A model generated the notes under the pieces. The model had not been told where the DNA came from. It searched no databases and was given only the letters and a program-made list of their open reading frames with translations. A DNA stretch of 64,000 nucleotides from Eledone cirrhosa (Eukaryota), in assembly GCA_964016885.1 (NCBI GenBank), contig OZ024746.1, forward strand, positions 45,632,001-45,696,000, given 5' to 3'. Positions 1-12,530 of the stretch are shown here, in pieces (position 1 is the stretch's first letter; the number at the start of each line of letters is the position of its first letter). Both the position numbers and the translations under genes were made by a program.

Positions 1-88
1 GCAACAACAGGTTGACTGCTGTGTCCCTTTCTGGTAGTGAATGAGAAGTTATTTGGGGTGTGGGTTATTTTATAAAGGTCAGATTTAG

Positions 89-91
<3 letters not shown>

Positions 92-138
<47 letters not shown>
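92..138. repeat. (TA)n microsatellite
   Basis: Pure TA run. Similar runs occur at ~551-597, 3430-3461, 15375-15430, 22562-22614, 28784-28857, 38611-38657 and 57080-57118. Confidence 0.98.
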
Positions 139-142
<4 letters not shown>

Positions 143-265
143 GGAGGTGAGTTTTATTGTAGTACAATAAAGCAATGCAGATATCGGATAAGAAGCACTC
201 TACAGTTTGTGGGACTGGAGTATGCATAATATAAGATCAAAAGATGGTTAAAGGAGTTCCATATA

Positions 266-332
266 TTTTATTATGCGCATTTCAAAAACAAACATCATCA
301 TGCAATAATATTTGTGTTTTCATCAGATAAAA
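266..332 (-). ncRNA. Mirror copy of the hammerhead ribozyme motif on the minus strand
   Basis: Exact reverse complement of 447-513, within the left arm of the inverted repeat. Confidence 0.72.
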
Positions 333-446
333 CAGGAGAACATGATATGAAGGCTAAAAAACACTTGTGGATAGTGCAGTTTTTTATGTTGATTTAAAAC
401 TGCACTATCCACAAGTGTTTTTTAGCCTTCATATCATGTTCTCCTG

Positions 447-513
447 TTTTATCTGATGAAAACACAAATATTATTGCATGATGATGTTTGTTTTTGAAAT
501 GCGCATAATAAAA
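447..513 (+). ncRNA. Minimal type I hammerhead ribozyme motif
   Basis: Stem I TTTTAT (447-452) pairs with ATAAAA (508-513). Core CTGATGA is at 453-459. Stem II (460-495) has ~15 bp with G-U pairs and one mismatch. GAAA is at 496-499, then palindromic stem III ATGCGCAT and NUH triplet ATA (505-507). Confidence 0.75.
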
Positions 514-545
514 TATATGGAACTCCTTTAACCATCTTTTGATCT

Positions 546-599
<54 letters not shown>

Positions 600-989
600 G
601 GCTAACCAACCAGGGATGTGCACACCACATTTCAATCGGTCGCATGTGATGCAGATAAAATTAAGGGCTCAACAACATGTATAAATATTACAAGCTGTAC
701 CATTATGTAGCATTAAGAAGATTAGAGGCCATATATATATGTTTGTGTGTATGTATGTGTGTGTGTTATTTCATCATCATCATTATGATCACCACTTTTA
801 CATTGGGATTTTCCATGCTGAATGTGTCTTCGTGTGTTTCTTTGTCATCACCTGTGAGAGGGCCAACATTCTAAGATCAGCTTTCATCAATCTGCCCATG
901 TTTGCATTGGTTTTCCTCCTACATAATTTCTATCCTCTTGAATTTCCTGTTACTTCTTTGTTCAACTGCAGCCATCTATATGTATTACA

Positions 990-1620
990 TAGCCACTACT
1001 CTCTCCTCTCTTGCATGCTACATCTGATTCTTCTTATATTTATTTTATCTCTTAATTCATCTGTACCACTTCATGCAAACATATTAACATTACAGATGTA
1101 TTCACATCTTTGATTCCTACTTCCTCATCCAACTCATGCTACCATGGAAAGATGGTGTACAACCCTAAACATTAATGTACTCACTCTCTTCAACTCCACC
1201 GCCATAACCCAATGCATACTCTTCCCCTCCTCCTTCAACTGGGGGAAGAATATTTCAGCAAGCAACTCCACTCCATTTTCTCTTTTTATATCCCCACTAT
1301 CATTATTGTCTTTCACAACTTGGTTGAGGAGCATCCCATTGTTGTAAAGTGGTAGTGCTGGTACCATGACAAAAAGCACCCAATTTACAATGTAAGATGT
1401 TAGAGATTGTGCCATGATAAAATGCACCCAGTACAGACACTAAAGAGGTTGGTGTTTAAAAGAACCTTCAGCTATAGAAACCATGCTGAAATTAAACATA
1501 TGGCGAGACATACATGGTCATCTGACCTGTCTAATTAATCTCAGAGCATTACAACTCATCTAACCAATGTAAGCATGAAAAATAGACATAAAATAGTGGT
1601 GATTATGCAAATGATGATCA
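990..1620. mobile_element. Degraded RTE LINE fragments (RT-region piece on minus, 3'-UTR module on plus)
   Basis: The minus strand reads like the RTE C-terminal region (RENGVELL, GKSMHW). 1440-1620 resembles the RTE 3' module (GGTTGGTG...GCATGAAAAATAGAC...GATGAT) seen intact at 21850-22023. Confidence 0.5.
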
Positions 1621-2697
1621 CCATCATCTGCATTATTTAATATTCATTTTCCTGTCTATATGACCAGCTTCTGCAGCTTCCAAAGCAATGGTCAACCCAG
1701 GGCTATATAGAAGAGACCTAAAGTGTCACATAGTGAGGCTGAACCCATAACTGCACGGTTGTAAAGCAAATTCTTTAACCACACTACCATAGCTTTGCTT
1801 ATGTCTCTGTTTATATATTTTTTTCTTTTTTTTTCTTCTCTTTTGTTATCTCTGAAATATTTTAGGGTTTGATAAAATATTTTAATTTGAATTTTTTTTT
1901 TTTTTTTTACACTTTTTTAAAACATATTTCAGATGTAAATGGTTGTTGATACTGAGATTGAGGAATGTAATTTATTCTGGGCTGAAAGTATGTTGTGAGC
2001 AATCAAGAAATCTATCTCTCCTCTGTAGATAGAGCTTTTATTGATATTGCTATGCCTGATTCATAGTAAAAGACTGTCTGTATATTATGACGAGCTAAGC
2101 ATATATTATTTAATAAATGCTTCTTACTGATTTATTGATATATTTCTTTAACTGAAGAATTTCCGCTTGTATGTTTTCTATATCCTGAGTTGGTGTGTGT
2201 ATGAAATTTCTTCCGGAATTTTGGAATAGATTTTTTCTGTTTTTTCTCTGTCTTATCAAGAAGTTTTATATTTGTTAATATATATATATATATATAAACA
2301 TATATGTATATGTATGCATGGAAAATAGACATTAAACAATGATGAAGATGATGATATATATATATGTAAGGAATAGATTTTCTTTCAGACATGTTGTTAA
2401 GAAAAAGCATTTTTATCAATTCTTTCTTTTGCATTTTCATGAGATTCTTTCATTTAGCAGTAAATTTCATAAATCCATCACCAACAATTTTCGATCCTTA
2501 TACTCTCATCTCCAAAGGAAGGAATGTTGGTATATGTTGCTGCCTCTTTACAGTAAGTGGGCCAATGACTGGGTGTAGTCAATACTGCTGGAGTTTGAAT
2601 TTCGACCATTAGATTTATGTCATCAGTCTAATGTTTATTTTTGTTTATGACTAGAGTATCATACCCAAGCATTTATTTTAGCTTTGTACTGTGTCAT

Positions 2698-2860
2698 GAT
2701 GTGGTGAATTGGCAGAGTTGTTACAACGTTAGACAGAATGCTTTGCAGGATTCATTCCGACTCTCTGCTTTCTGATTTCAAATCTCAACGAGATTAACTT
2801 TGCTTTTCATCCATTTAAGGTCAGTTAAAAAAGTCTCAGTCTAGTACTGGAATCGATTCT
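2698..2860 (+). mobile_element. tRNA-derived SINE (degraded)
   Basis: GGTGAATTGGCAGAG...ATTTCAAATC...AACTTTGCTTTTCATCC motif shared with copies at 41741, 48291, 49352, 60203 and 60378. Confidence 0.7.
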
Positions 2861-2919
2861 TCCTGTTTATCTCATTTTAACTTCCTTTTACTCATTCTCT
2901 ATCTTTCTCCGAAAGAAAT

Positions 2920-3390
2920 CTCCTGTATTCAGACCTGTATTTGTTTCTTTCTACCTTTGACAGGCTTTCTGCTTCCATGTAGCATTCCAATTCACACACA
3001 GTAATTATACCGTCTACTCATCACTCTGAGAGGAAAGCTCTTTGTTGTCAGCAGCAGTAACTTCTCTCAGCCTGTTCTTATCTTAGCTATCACACTTTCA
3101 GTGCATCTTCTCCCACTTCTAATAGGATCGCCTAGGTAACAAAAGATGTCAACAACTCCTAAAGAGCCTCCTTGGCAACTGAAGGAATCTATTTCACATG
3201 TGCTTGTAGTGCATACTTCTCCTGTGCATACAAAATCTAGCTTTTCAATTAGCCTCTCTGCAATCCCACTACATCTCTTATTTATCCATAAATTGCACTG
3301 TGTACCTAATGGAATTCTTGCCCACTCCTTTCTGACATAACAAACAAGGCCACTTTCCTGATGATATCATCCTCTTGTCTTCCTTCTTGC
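2920..3390 (-). mobile_element. Degraded RTE LINE fragment containing the PHD-like finger region
   Basis: Translation SSGKWPCLLCQKGVGKNSI matches PSGKWSCSVCRKGVGRNSI of the 19502-21634 ORF. Confidence 0.8.
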
Positions 3391-3421
3391 TTATATATAT
3401 ATGTATGTGTGTGGTGTGTGG

Positions 3422-3464
<43 letters not shown>

Positions 3465-3527
3465 ATAAAATGCACTTGGAAGTGAGCACAATCTTCTTCA
3501 AGTGAGTTGTAGGCTGCATTTTTAAGC

Positions 3528-3568
<41 letters not shown>

Positions 3569-5544
3569 TGCATGTATGTATGTACGAGTTTTAATTTGAT
3601 AATGTGCATACATATTATTTTTCATTTTTAAAGGTTTTATATACTGGCATATATTTTCTGCCAAATTCTCAAAACGCATATATAAAAATGCATTCATACA
3701 TACTTATGTATAAATTTATGTATGCATGCAAGATTTTGTGCATGTAAGCATGCATGTACATGCATGCATATATGTACATGCATGTACATATATGCATGTA
3801 TGTATGTTTGTATGTTATAAATATTTATACATGTTTTGAGAGTTTGGCAGAAAATATATGCCAGTGTGTAAACCTTCCAAAATATAAATTGATGAAAATA
3901 AATAAATAAATAGAATAAAATAAAGAAACAAACAAATTCCCTTACACATTTATTTTTCAAAATGCCACAAGCAATTCTGAAAGTGTTATGACATTTGCTG
4001 ACAACATTGTGCCAAAGATTTGCTTAAAAATGGTAAAAAGCTCCTACAGCTTATCTAAGAATTTCGTTTTAAACTGAAATAGTTAAAGCCCTATCAAAAA
4101 TCTGTCAAGATTATATAGGAATAAAGTGAATATACCAGGGCTGGAGCTTATGGTCTGAAACAAACATTTAAAAAAAAATAATTTGATGGACCAATTCATT
4201 TTTTAAATCCTTTTATGAATTTCTGTTTTGCTCAATCATGTTTTAAACATCAAACATTATGATTCTAGTATAAATACTTTCTCAATTTTTTTATTTTTTC
4301 ACAGATGTTAAACCTAACCTTAACCCGCAACTTTAACCTTATCTCTTCGCGTAATGCTATCCCTCATAGTAATCCTAACTATAACACTGACACCTAACCT
4401 TAAGCCTAACACTAACTCTAATGATAAACCTAAATATTTTTGGTAGAAGCATAATCTCAGATGTTTAAAACATAATTTAGCAAAAAATAAAATTGAAAAA
4501 AGGTTAGAAAAATGGATTATGCTGTCAATTTTATGACTTTGAAACATTATTTTTTTCAGACTGTAAACTCCAGTATACAAAATAAAGTGTTAAAGTTAGG
4601 TATGAGGAAGTAACGCTATAGATATATTTGGGAGTAGGAAATTCATGTATGAATCTTATGTGGCTTTTTTTCTATCTCTTCTAGTTCCTCCTTGTACTGA
4701 AAACCTGAAATAAGCTTGAAATTACAATTAGTTAAATTAAAATTAATGTGAAGTGTCTCGTAGATTACTCACCTATATATTTGATTTCTGTTAATACACC
4801 TGATGCCAATTTATTACACTAAACATCAACTTTACAGATTCCTATATTTCTCTCTCTCTCCTATATATTATTAGTATTATTTTTTTGGCAGTTTTATGCT
4901 AGTTTCTATGGCATCACCAGGTGCACATTTGTATTTTTGAGGAAAATGTTAACACATTCTATTAATGAACTGTATCAGTCTTCTTTTGCTATAAAGTTTA
5001 GGGTGTTTTTTTATGTTACTTTAGTGTGAGGGGGGGGGGGATTCTGTTGTGTTTGTGATGTGTAATGTAAGTTGTGTTATTTCATCAGGTACTAATCTTG
5101 TAGAGTTTATGTTATGTGTAGAGATTTTTCAGTTTAAGTCTTTTATTGAATCGATAATGTTTTCATAGGACCTTGTCTATTCACAGTAAAACAATTTTGG
5201 TGTAGTGTGTTTATGTTGATATTTATTTATCATACCTAGTGTTTCAATTACTGTTGGCACTTTTGATCTATTGTTTCAATGTATTTTGATTCTATTTTAT
5301 ACCTTATCTCTTATAGGAAGAGAAGTTTTCTTTTATGTGTATGTGCTTTTTTCTCTATTTGCTGCTAATTTATTTTTCATTTATCATCATTGTTATTATT
5401 ATCAGTATCAGTAATAGTGATTGTTTATTTCAAAGTTTTAATGATACTGGCTTCTTAATATTATTTGGACACTACAATTAGTTTTGAGCACTTTATTCAG
5501 TGCTTGTTTAGTTTACTTAAGAGTGCAAATAAATTTGAAATTTA

Positions 5545-7635
5545 GAGAAGATATGGAAGTCAAGATCCATTGGAAACCGAAGATCAAAAGAGTGATGTTA
5601 AAAGAATGTGAGTGTAGAACGAACTTCAAAGAAAAAGTTTTTAACAAATTCAACAACCATATACAAGCAAGGCCTTGGGGGGGGGGGGGGGGGGGGGGGG
5701 GAATTACATGAAGGAGATCATCCTGGAATCAGCTGAAAAGCTTTGTGGTAGAACGGAAGCTAGAAGAAGAATAAAGAAAGATACATGGTGGGGCTCAGAA
5801 GAAATACAATCTAAGCTAAAAGCCAAGAGACGAGCTTTCAAAGCATGGCAGAAAGATGGAAACAACTTGGATAAAAAGAAATAGTTCAAATCTGCAAAGA
5901 ACACAAGTAAAGAGAGCAGTGGCAATGATGAAATGGAATGTCAGTGAAGAACTCTGTGACTAACTCAAGACAACAGAAGGTGAAAGCTTCATTTATACAA
6001 AACAAGGAGCTCAACAAAAGAAAGATATCAAATTAGTAAACATGATTACTAATGAGAAGGGGAATCTATCAATATACCAAGACAATTAAACAAAGATGGA
6101 AAAGGGAATTTGAAACCTTGCTAAATGTTGAAAATGAAAAGGAAACTTTAAACAACCAACCTCCAGTTGAAGGACCAAAAACCTAATAGACATAAAAGAG
6201 GTAAAGAATGCATTCAATATGATGAAATGCAGTAAAGCACCTGGGTGCTCAAAGATTAGCATTGACTTTTTCAAAGCATTGGACGATCTTAGTAGTAAGA
6301 TGGTATGCTGTCTTTTAGAAGAAATACTTTTTGCTGAAAAGATGCTATCAGACTGGGGGAAAAGTGAGATGATCCCCATCTACAAGCAAAAGGGAAATCC
6401 ACTTGAACATGACAACTATAGGGGAATAAAGCAGATTGAACATCTTCAACAAGTGCCAAAGTGTGTACTGGACCAGAGATTGAGAAAATCAATAAATATT
6501 AATGACATGCAGTTTGGTTTTGCAAGTGGAAAGTATACAATAGATGTCATCTTTGTTGTAAAAATGATGCAAGAAAAGTTTAGAGAGAAGGACCATGACT
6601 TGTATTTCATCTTTGTGGATTTTGAAAAACTGTATAATAGGATCTCTAGTGAGTTAGTATACTAGTGCCTCAAGAAAATAAATGTCCCAGAGAGCTTGAT
6701 CAATCTGGTTAAAGCATCTTACAGGAAAGCCTATGCAGTAGTGAGGACACCATATGGTGAGACAGATCGATTCAAAGTATCTGTTTGTGATCTGGATATG
6801 ATAACTGAGACCAACAGAAGAGAAATTCCTTGGGAATTACTTTTTGTAGGTGACTTTGTAATTATGGGAAGAACAGTAGGTGAATTGTAGCAAAATTGGT
6901 TGGAATGGCAAATATTACCAGCATCTCATGGACTGAAAGTTAACATCACAAAGACATAAGCGAAGGACAGTACAAAAACCCCCAAAGAAATGAACGTGGT
7001 TGACAGCAATAGCATCGTATTAAAATAGATTGGTGGTTTCAAATACCTTGGGGTGATGTTATTTGAAGATGGAGTATTATTTGAAGATGGAGTGTTATTT
7101 TAGAATCTCAGTGAGAGTTCATGTAAATGCAGCATGGTTGACATGGAAAGAAATGAGTGGGGTTATTTATGACAAAATAATGCCTAAGAAACAATTATAT
7201 GACTAATTCTAAGTCACAGATCCAAAACATGGACTTTAAAACAAAGAAGAAAAACATCTCGGAGGCAACTGGAATGAGAATGCTTCAGGGAATAAAAGAA
7301 GTTCCTTGTTGAACCATATTAGGTGAAGATATCAGAATAGAAATGGATATAGACCCAATAATTGAGAGCATTCAAATGGTGCGATTAAGGTGGTTTGGAC
7401 ATGGTACCAGGTTGAGTGAAAAAAACCCTATCAAGCAAGTATGGAAAAAGGAGATAAATGGCTGAAGACTCATTGGAAGGACCAGAAAACGCTGGAATGA
7501 TAATATTAAAGAAAATCTGTAAAGAAAGGGATTGACACAGGAGGCTGCTTTGAAAACAGCTGGAGAGTGTGTATTCATTTACAAAGACCACAACCAAGCA
7601 ATGTTGCTGGATCACGTAGGTGATGATAATGATAC
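5545..7635 (+). mobile_element. Old, decayed RTE-clade LINE (different family, no PHD insert)
   Basis: Interrupted frames read KKDTWW, KAKRRAFKAWQ, IPIYKQKGNPLEHDNYRGIK, MQFGFASGK, LYFIFVDFEKLY, PWELLFVGD, RLRWFGH and GRPRKRW. Ends in a GATGATAATGAT tail. Confidence 0.9.
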
Positions 7636-8329
7636 AAACATAAAACAAACAAACAAACACACACACAAACACATGCTCATATAGTTTTTGTAGCTACGTC
7701 TACAGCATGGGTTCAAACTGTCTTTTATTTCAACAACTATGACAGTATCCATTGAAATTGCTGTTACCAAATTCTTGGGTACTAGCATGAAACCGTCATT
7801 TGAAATTAGCTACATATACTAAATATAAATACTATGTGCTCAAATAATCTGAAAAAGCATAGAGAGCACATTGATGTTTTATCCATACAGAAAAAAATGT
7901 ATTGTATTATCAATAATAAAAATTCTTAAGAAATTTGTTAATGAGAAAATAGCTTTGTAAAGTAAGCATGAGAAAGATGTGAACATAAATGTGAACATAA
8001 CTCAGTATTATGCATTTTTTTTAGATTCAATGAATTTAATAGCCATGCTAATTATATTCACACTCATTGCTACATCTGTTCTTTTTGCTGGGGTGTGGAG
8101 ATTCACTCAAAACTAATCACACTGTCTGTCTTTGATGAAAAATATAATCCCATAATATCATTCCTATATCTTTATTTTCAACATCTTTAAGAGAAACCAT
8201 ATCTGCGTTATTTTAGATACTTTTCCTGTCAAAGATATTAATTGAAATGATCAAACTGCTTTAAAATTTAAAACTGTTCATGTTTATACTGGTTCCTAAC
8301 AATTTTGCATCCATTACAATGCAGCCAAT

Positions 8330-8610
8330 TAGCCAGACATGCCTCACAATGGTGCCACCAAGTTCCACACACACTATGAGCAAGGCCAACTGGCCAGACT
8401 TCCCTCATAAATGGGACCACCCAGTTCCACACTGTAAATGTGGTTGGTGTTAGGAAGGGCATCCAGCTGTAAAAATCCCAGCCGAAATACATTTCCATTT
8501 GAGCAAGGTACGATGTGGCCAGCTGATCAGAATTGTCTCATAATGTGGGTGACCTGTCTGACCCATGCAAGCATGGAAGAATAGATGTTAAACAGTGATG
8601 ATGATGATAT
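8330..8610 (+). mobile_element. RTE 3'-end fragment or RTE-tailed SINE
   Basis: CACACTGTAAATGTGGTTGGTGTTAGGAAGGGCATCCAGCTGTA and CCCATGCAAGCATGGAA...(GAT)n are nearly identical to 21853-22023. Confidence 0.85.
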
Positions 8611-8694
8611 TGTTCCATGTTATCTTTTTTTTGTTTCTACCCCCTTTAAATGTATTTCTTAGGTCCTATTAATTTATTTATCACATTATTGTGC

Positions 8695-9020
8695 ATGCAG
8701 CATGGCCAAATGGCTAAGAAGTTTGCTTCATAATCATTAGGGCTTGGGTTCGATCCCTATGTGTATTATCTTCAGCAATTATCATTTATAGTAGGCCCAG
8801 GCTGACCCATGCCTTGTGTCTAAAACTAGGTAGACAGAAATTGTTTGGAAAACCATTGGATGGACTTGTAATTCAAAGGGCCAACCTCATCACACAGAAT
8901 TACCATGAGAATTGCATTAAAGGTACATGTGTTTGTGGATTGTTCAGCTATATAACCATTAATTTCAGGAGCAGGTTGTACTACTGACTGAAAAAGAGTA
9001 AAACTCATTGTCAAAGCCAA
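8695..9020 (+). mobile_element. tRNA-derived SINE, second family
   Basis: A-box-like TGGCCAAATGG and B-box GGTTCGATCCC. The body is related to the minus-strand copy at ~34520-34740. Confidence 0.65.
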
Positions 9021-9713
9021 CAGAAATCTATTCTATTCTATTCTATTATCATTTAGAGGCTGTAATTTAGCAAAGCAGCTTTCAATTTCCATACCTTCAA
9101 TAACATAGGTGGCATACAATGAAAGTATAGTAGCTACAATATGAACAAGATGAAGATTTTATAAGACTCACATACAGGCATCTTGTTGCAGGAGTGTGAA
9201 ATATGGATGATGACCTCAGATCTGAAAACACCTGAAAACAAATGATTGGTGTTTGATCCAAATGAACTAAGCTGGATTATAAATTTGTAATATCGATTCT
9301 TAAGAAAAGTTGAATACAAATAAACAGCTTAGCATCTAAGTTAATGCCAGTGTATGTAGGAGAGATGCCTTATGCAGATATGTATATGTAGTGTGAATGG
9401 TTGATACATGAAATGTACAAAAATGTTTTCAGTTGTTATTGGCGTATACACAATGATAAAGATTGAAGTGTTAAGATTACAACTTAGAAAATTCAGATCA
9501 CATAAATGATGACACAGGTGATAGAATATATGTTGTATTGCAAGCCAATCTAAAGTCAGCATAGAAAAACTTATATCAAATTTGGGTTCTGAACCTACAA
9601 AGTAGAAAACCTTCATTAAATGTTCAAAACAAAAGAAAACACTATACACCCCATTCAGACAAAGAGACATAAAGTTTGTTATTAAATATTCTATGTTAAA
9701 CCTACCCCTAACC

Positions 9714-10057
9714 CAATGATTCCCAATGTGGGGTGCATGCTCAACAGGGGAGAGGGGTAATTTGAATATTTAAGAAGTGCAATTTGAAAATGATGTTAAT
9801 GAGAACACATTTCAGGCTTTACTTTATTGCTTTTACTTCAAGGCAACTTTGGTACACATTACTATCAGAAACTCCTGTTTCACCTCCTCCACACTTTATT
9901 GTGCATCTAGTACCACCTATACACCAATTTGTTTACACTTTGTAGCTGATTATTGCTGTTTTCAAATCAAAGGGGGGAATTTTCATATCAAAAGTTGGCA
10001 TAACATATTTTGATATGATGAGGTGGGGTATGATACACAAACGTTTGGAAACTACTG
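9714..10057. mobile_element. hAT (Charlie-like) non-autonomous element
   Basis: Ends CAATGATTCCCAA ... TTGGAAACTACTG resemble the CAGTGGTTCCCAA TIR type. Flanks CCCTAACC / CCATAGCC are a 6/8 match for an 8-bp TSD. Confidence 0.6.
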
Positions 10058-11910
10058 CCATAGCCTGTTTATCTTTTATGATTTCTCTGTTTATTCCATT
10101 AGCACAGTGAGAATTCCATATGTCTTAGCATTTGTAATTCAGAATAACAATCTCAATTCCATCATCAAATTCCAATATTTGATTGTACCTTTGTATTTAG
10201 ATTCATGGTATTTACCTTTACAAATGTATAAAAGGATAATTATAAATTCCAGTTTTCAAGGCAACTATAGAGCAATTTTGCAAACTTATAAAGTATACAT
10301 AACAGAATGGTAATTTTAGGATATAACCATAAATTGAAATAGGTCACTTGGCAGTAGTGTTGAGAAAGACAGGAAACATAACTCTGGAGTGAAATAAATA
10401 AATTAGCACACAAATACTTGAAGAGTGACAGATATTTAAAGCTAATAAATTTTATCAGTCTGTGGTGAAATGCTATAAATGTCAATAATTTGAACAATAT
10501 AGATAAGAGTTATATAAAAGTGTAATGTACAATTTCAAGAGTTTAGATTAATTTTGAAGAATTATATGCTGAGAAAAGAAAATTAAGTTTCAGATGAGCA
10601 AAATGTTTTAAGTTAAGTTATTTGATAGAAACAACTGAGGTAGACTAAATCATAAATAATGAAAATGAGAAAGAATGAAGTAATTATAAAGTAGATTAAA
10701 AAGATAAAAGAATATTACTGTTTTATAATGTATATAGACAGAAATATATCCTCTTATCATTCTCATAAAGGATATCTTTGTCATAAGGTAACTTACAAAT
10801 AGTTAAATAAAAATCAGGCACTAATTGAACTGTCTTATCTCCTCAAAAATTAATCTCAGTTAAAGAGACAGAAAATTTTTTCATATAGAAACAGAAGCAC
10901 TATCTTTATTTATCCAGGAACAGCTCTTATGAACTTGATGCAAATCTTTGAACTAAAAAGGAAGCCAACTTCTTGGCATGCCTCTGAGTAAAGATGGTTT
11001 GTGACTGTGACAAATGAAGTGGTATTTATTGATATTACTGCCCTTGAGAGGCTTATTGAAAGTATTTCTATATAAGGAAACAATAGGATAGTCAGTGAAT
11101 AAAAATACAGTTGAATACACGATAACAGACACAAATAAAAAGCAACAAGAGAACATAGAAGAGGAAGTACAAATCATTCTAAAGAAGGACTGGAAAGAGA
11201 AAACTCTCCCATGTTAGTACCTAACAAGACAATAAAAATCAGACGAAAGCTAATATAAAAACCCAACTTTCCAGATCACAAGCAATTAGATCTGATTTTG
11301 GTTACTTAAAATCAAGTCTTGGCCATTACATTTTAATATTTCATTTGTGTTTCATTCCTGGCAATAAATTCCATTAATCTTCTTATAACCTCTTTTCAAA
11401 CTGCATTAAGTCTTTTAGGATGACAAAAACATTTTCTATCAGAATATGAAGAAGATGTTATAAGTGAAAGTTGTCAGTCATTCCAACTGCAAAATTAAAT
11501 AACAAAGTAAGAAAGTAATGGTAATTTCAAGCTGTGCAGTTAGCATCAAGAAGTAATATACACTTTTGTCTCTGACGGTTCAAAAGATAGAATTGAAGAT
11601 ATTGCAATTAAGAGGTGTCAATTGCCTCAAGCAAGAAAGTTTAATCAATATGGGTTGCAGAATTGAATAATATATGAACAAGCTAATGACAATTCCATGC
11701 TGTGCAGTCAATATCAAGGTCCAATATACTCTTTCAAAATCAAATATATTCACAAGCATGATCAAATAGGTAGTATTATCTATTGGACAATAGTCAAATA
11801 TTTCCAAATCAAAAGAGAAAATGAGTAGCTTGAGCAGACATGGAAATCTGACAGTGGTAGATTGGAAATATTCTGGAACATGCTTGAACGCAAAACAAAT
11901 CCTTAAGATA

Positions 11911-12246
11911 CGAGGTGTGTCAGTAAAGGAACAGAACTGGGGTTGCAAAAGAAATATTTTGAATCCAAACTACAAACTACAAGTTTTCCCCTTCAAAATA
12001 ATTTCCCTCGCTTCTAATACACTTTCCCATCCTTATCTGCCATGCCTCCATGAACTCCTGGAAGGATTCTATTGGAATTCTCAACAGCTCCGTAATCAGA
12101 GCTTTCTTGATGGCTTCCACATCCAGAAAACAGGTCTTTTTGATGACCATCTTGAGCTTGGGGAAGAGGAAAGAGTCTGGTTCAGTTTCAAGACACTCAA
12201 ATATGTTCTAACACACCTTGTCCTGTTACTTTTCTGACACACCTCG
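11911..12246 (-). mobile_element. Internally deleted mariner element
   Basis: TIRs CGAGGTGTGTCAG / CTGACACACCTCG with TA on both sides. The minus strand encodes a transposase C-terminus (FLFPKLKMVIKKTCFLDVEAIKK...MGKCIRSEGNYFEG). A decayed relative lies at ~52720-52895. Confidence 0.9.
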
Positions 12247-12530
12247 TATCATTATCAAAATCTGAGCAAATATTTTGTTTTTTTTTGTAATCTTGTAGAT
12301 AAACTAATCTGACACACACCAATATGTTACCTGTAAGGCTAATGAATAATCATCAGAAAACAAAACTTAAAAGAATGATGTATGTATACAAACAAAACTG
12401 TAATAATCTTAAAAGAGCTTGTAGTTGATAATCCCAGAACACTTAATTTATGTTTAACAAATCACACATATAAAGGTTGCTCAAATGATTCTTACTTCCC
12501 ACTTCACCACAATGAGCATATATATATATA

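Larger units (their letters stand above)
226..553. repeat. Perfect long inverted repeat (158-bp arms, 12-nt spacer), probably a Penelope-like element terminal remnant
   Basis: 226-383 is the reverse complement of 396-553 (e.g. ACACTTGTGGATAGTGCAGTTTT / AAAACTGCACTATCCACAAGTGT). The region lies between two (TA)n tracts. Confidence 0.93.

Noticed and set aside
4305-4435. Telomere-like CCTAAC/TTAACC repeats
   Set aside because: Short, highly degenerate and internal. More likely part of an unidentified repeat than a telomeric array.
5677-5701. 25-nt poly-G as a functional G-quadruplex
   Set aside because: It lies inside a dead RTE copy and is most simply a homopolymer expansion.
8695-8770. tRNA gene
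   Set aside because: A/B-box-like motifs are present but there is no cloverleaf, and the sequence continues into a SINE body.
10350-11400. Possible very old R4/Dong-like RT remnant (also a Tc1-like remnant at ~50100-51020 and an RT remnant at ~54400-54800)
   Set aside because: Only scattered motif-like words. Too decayed to call without a homology search.
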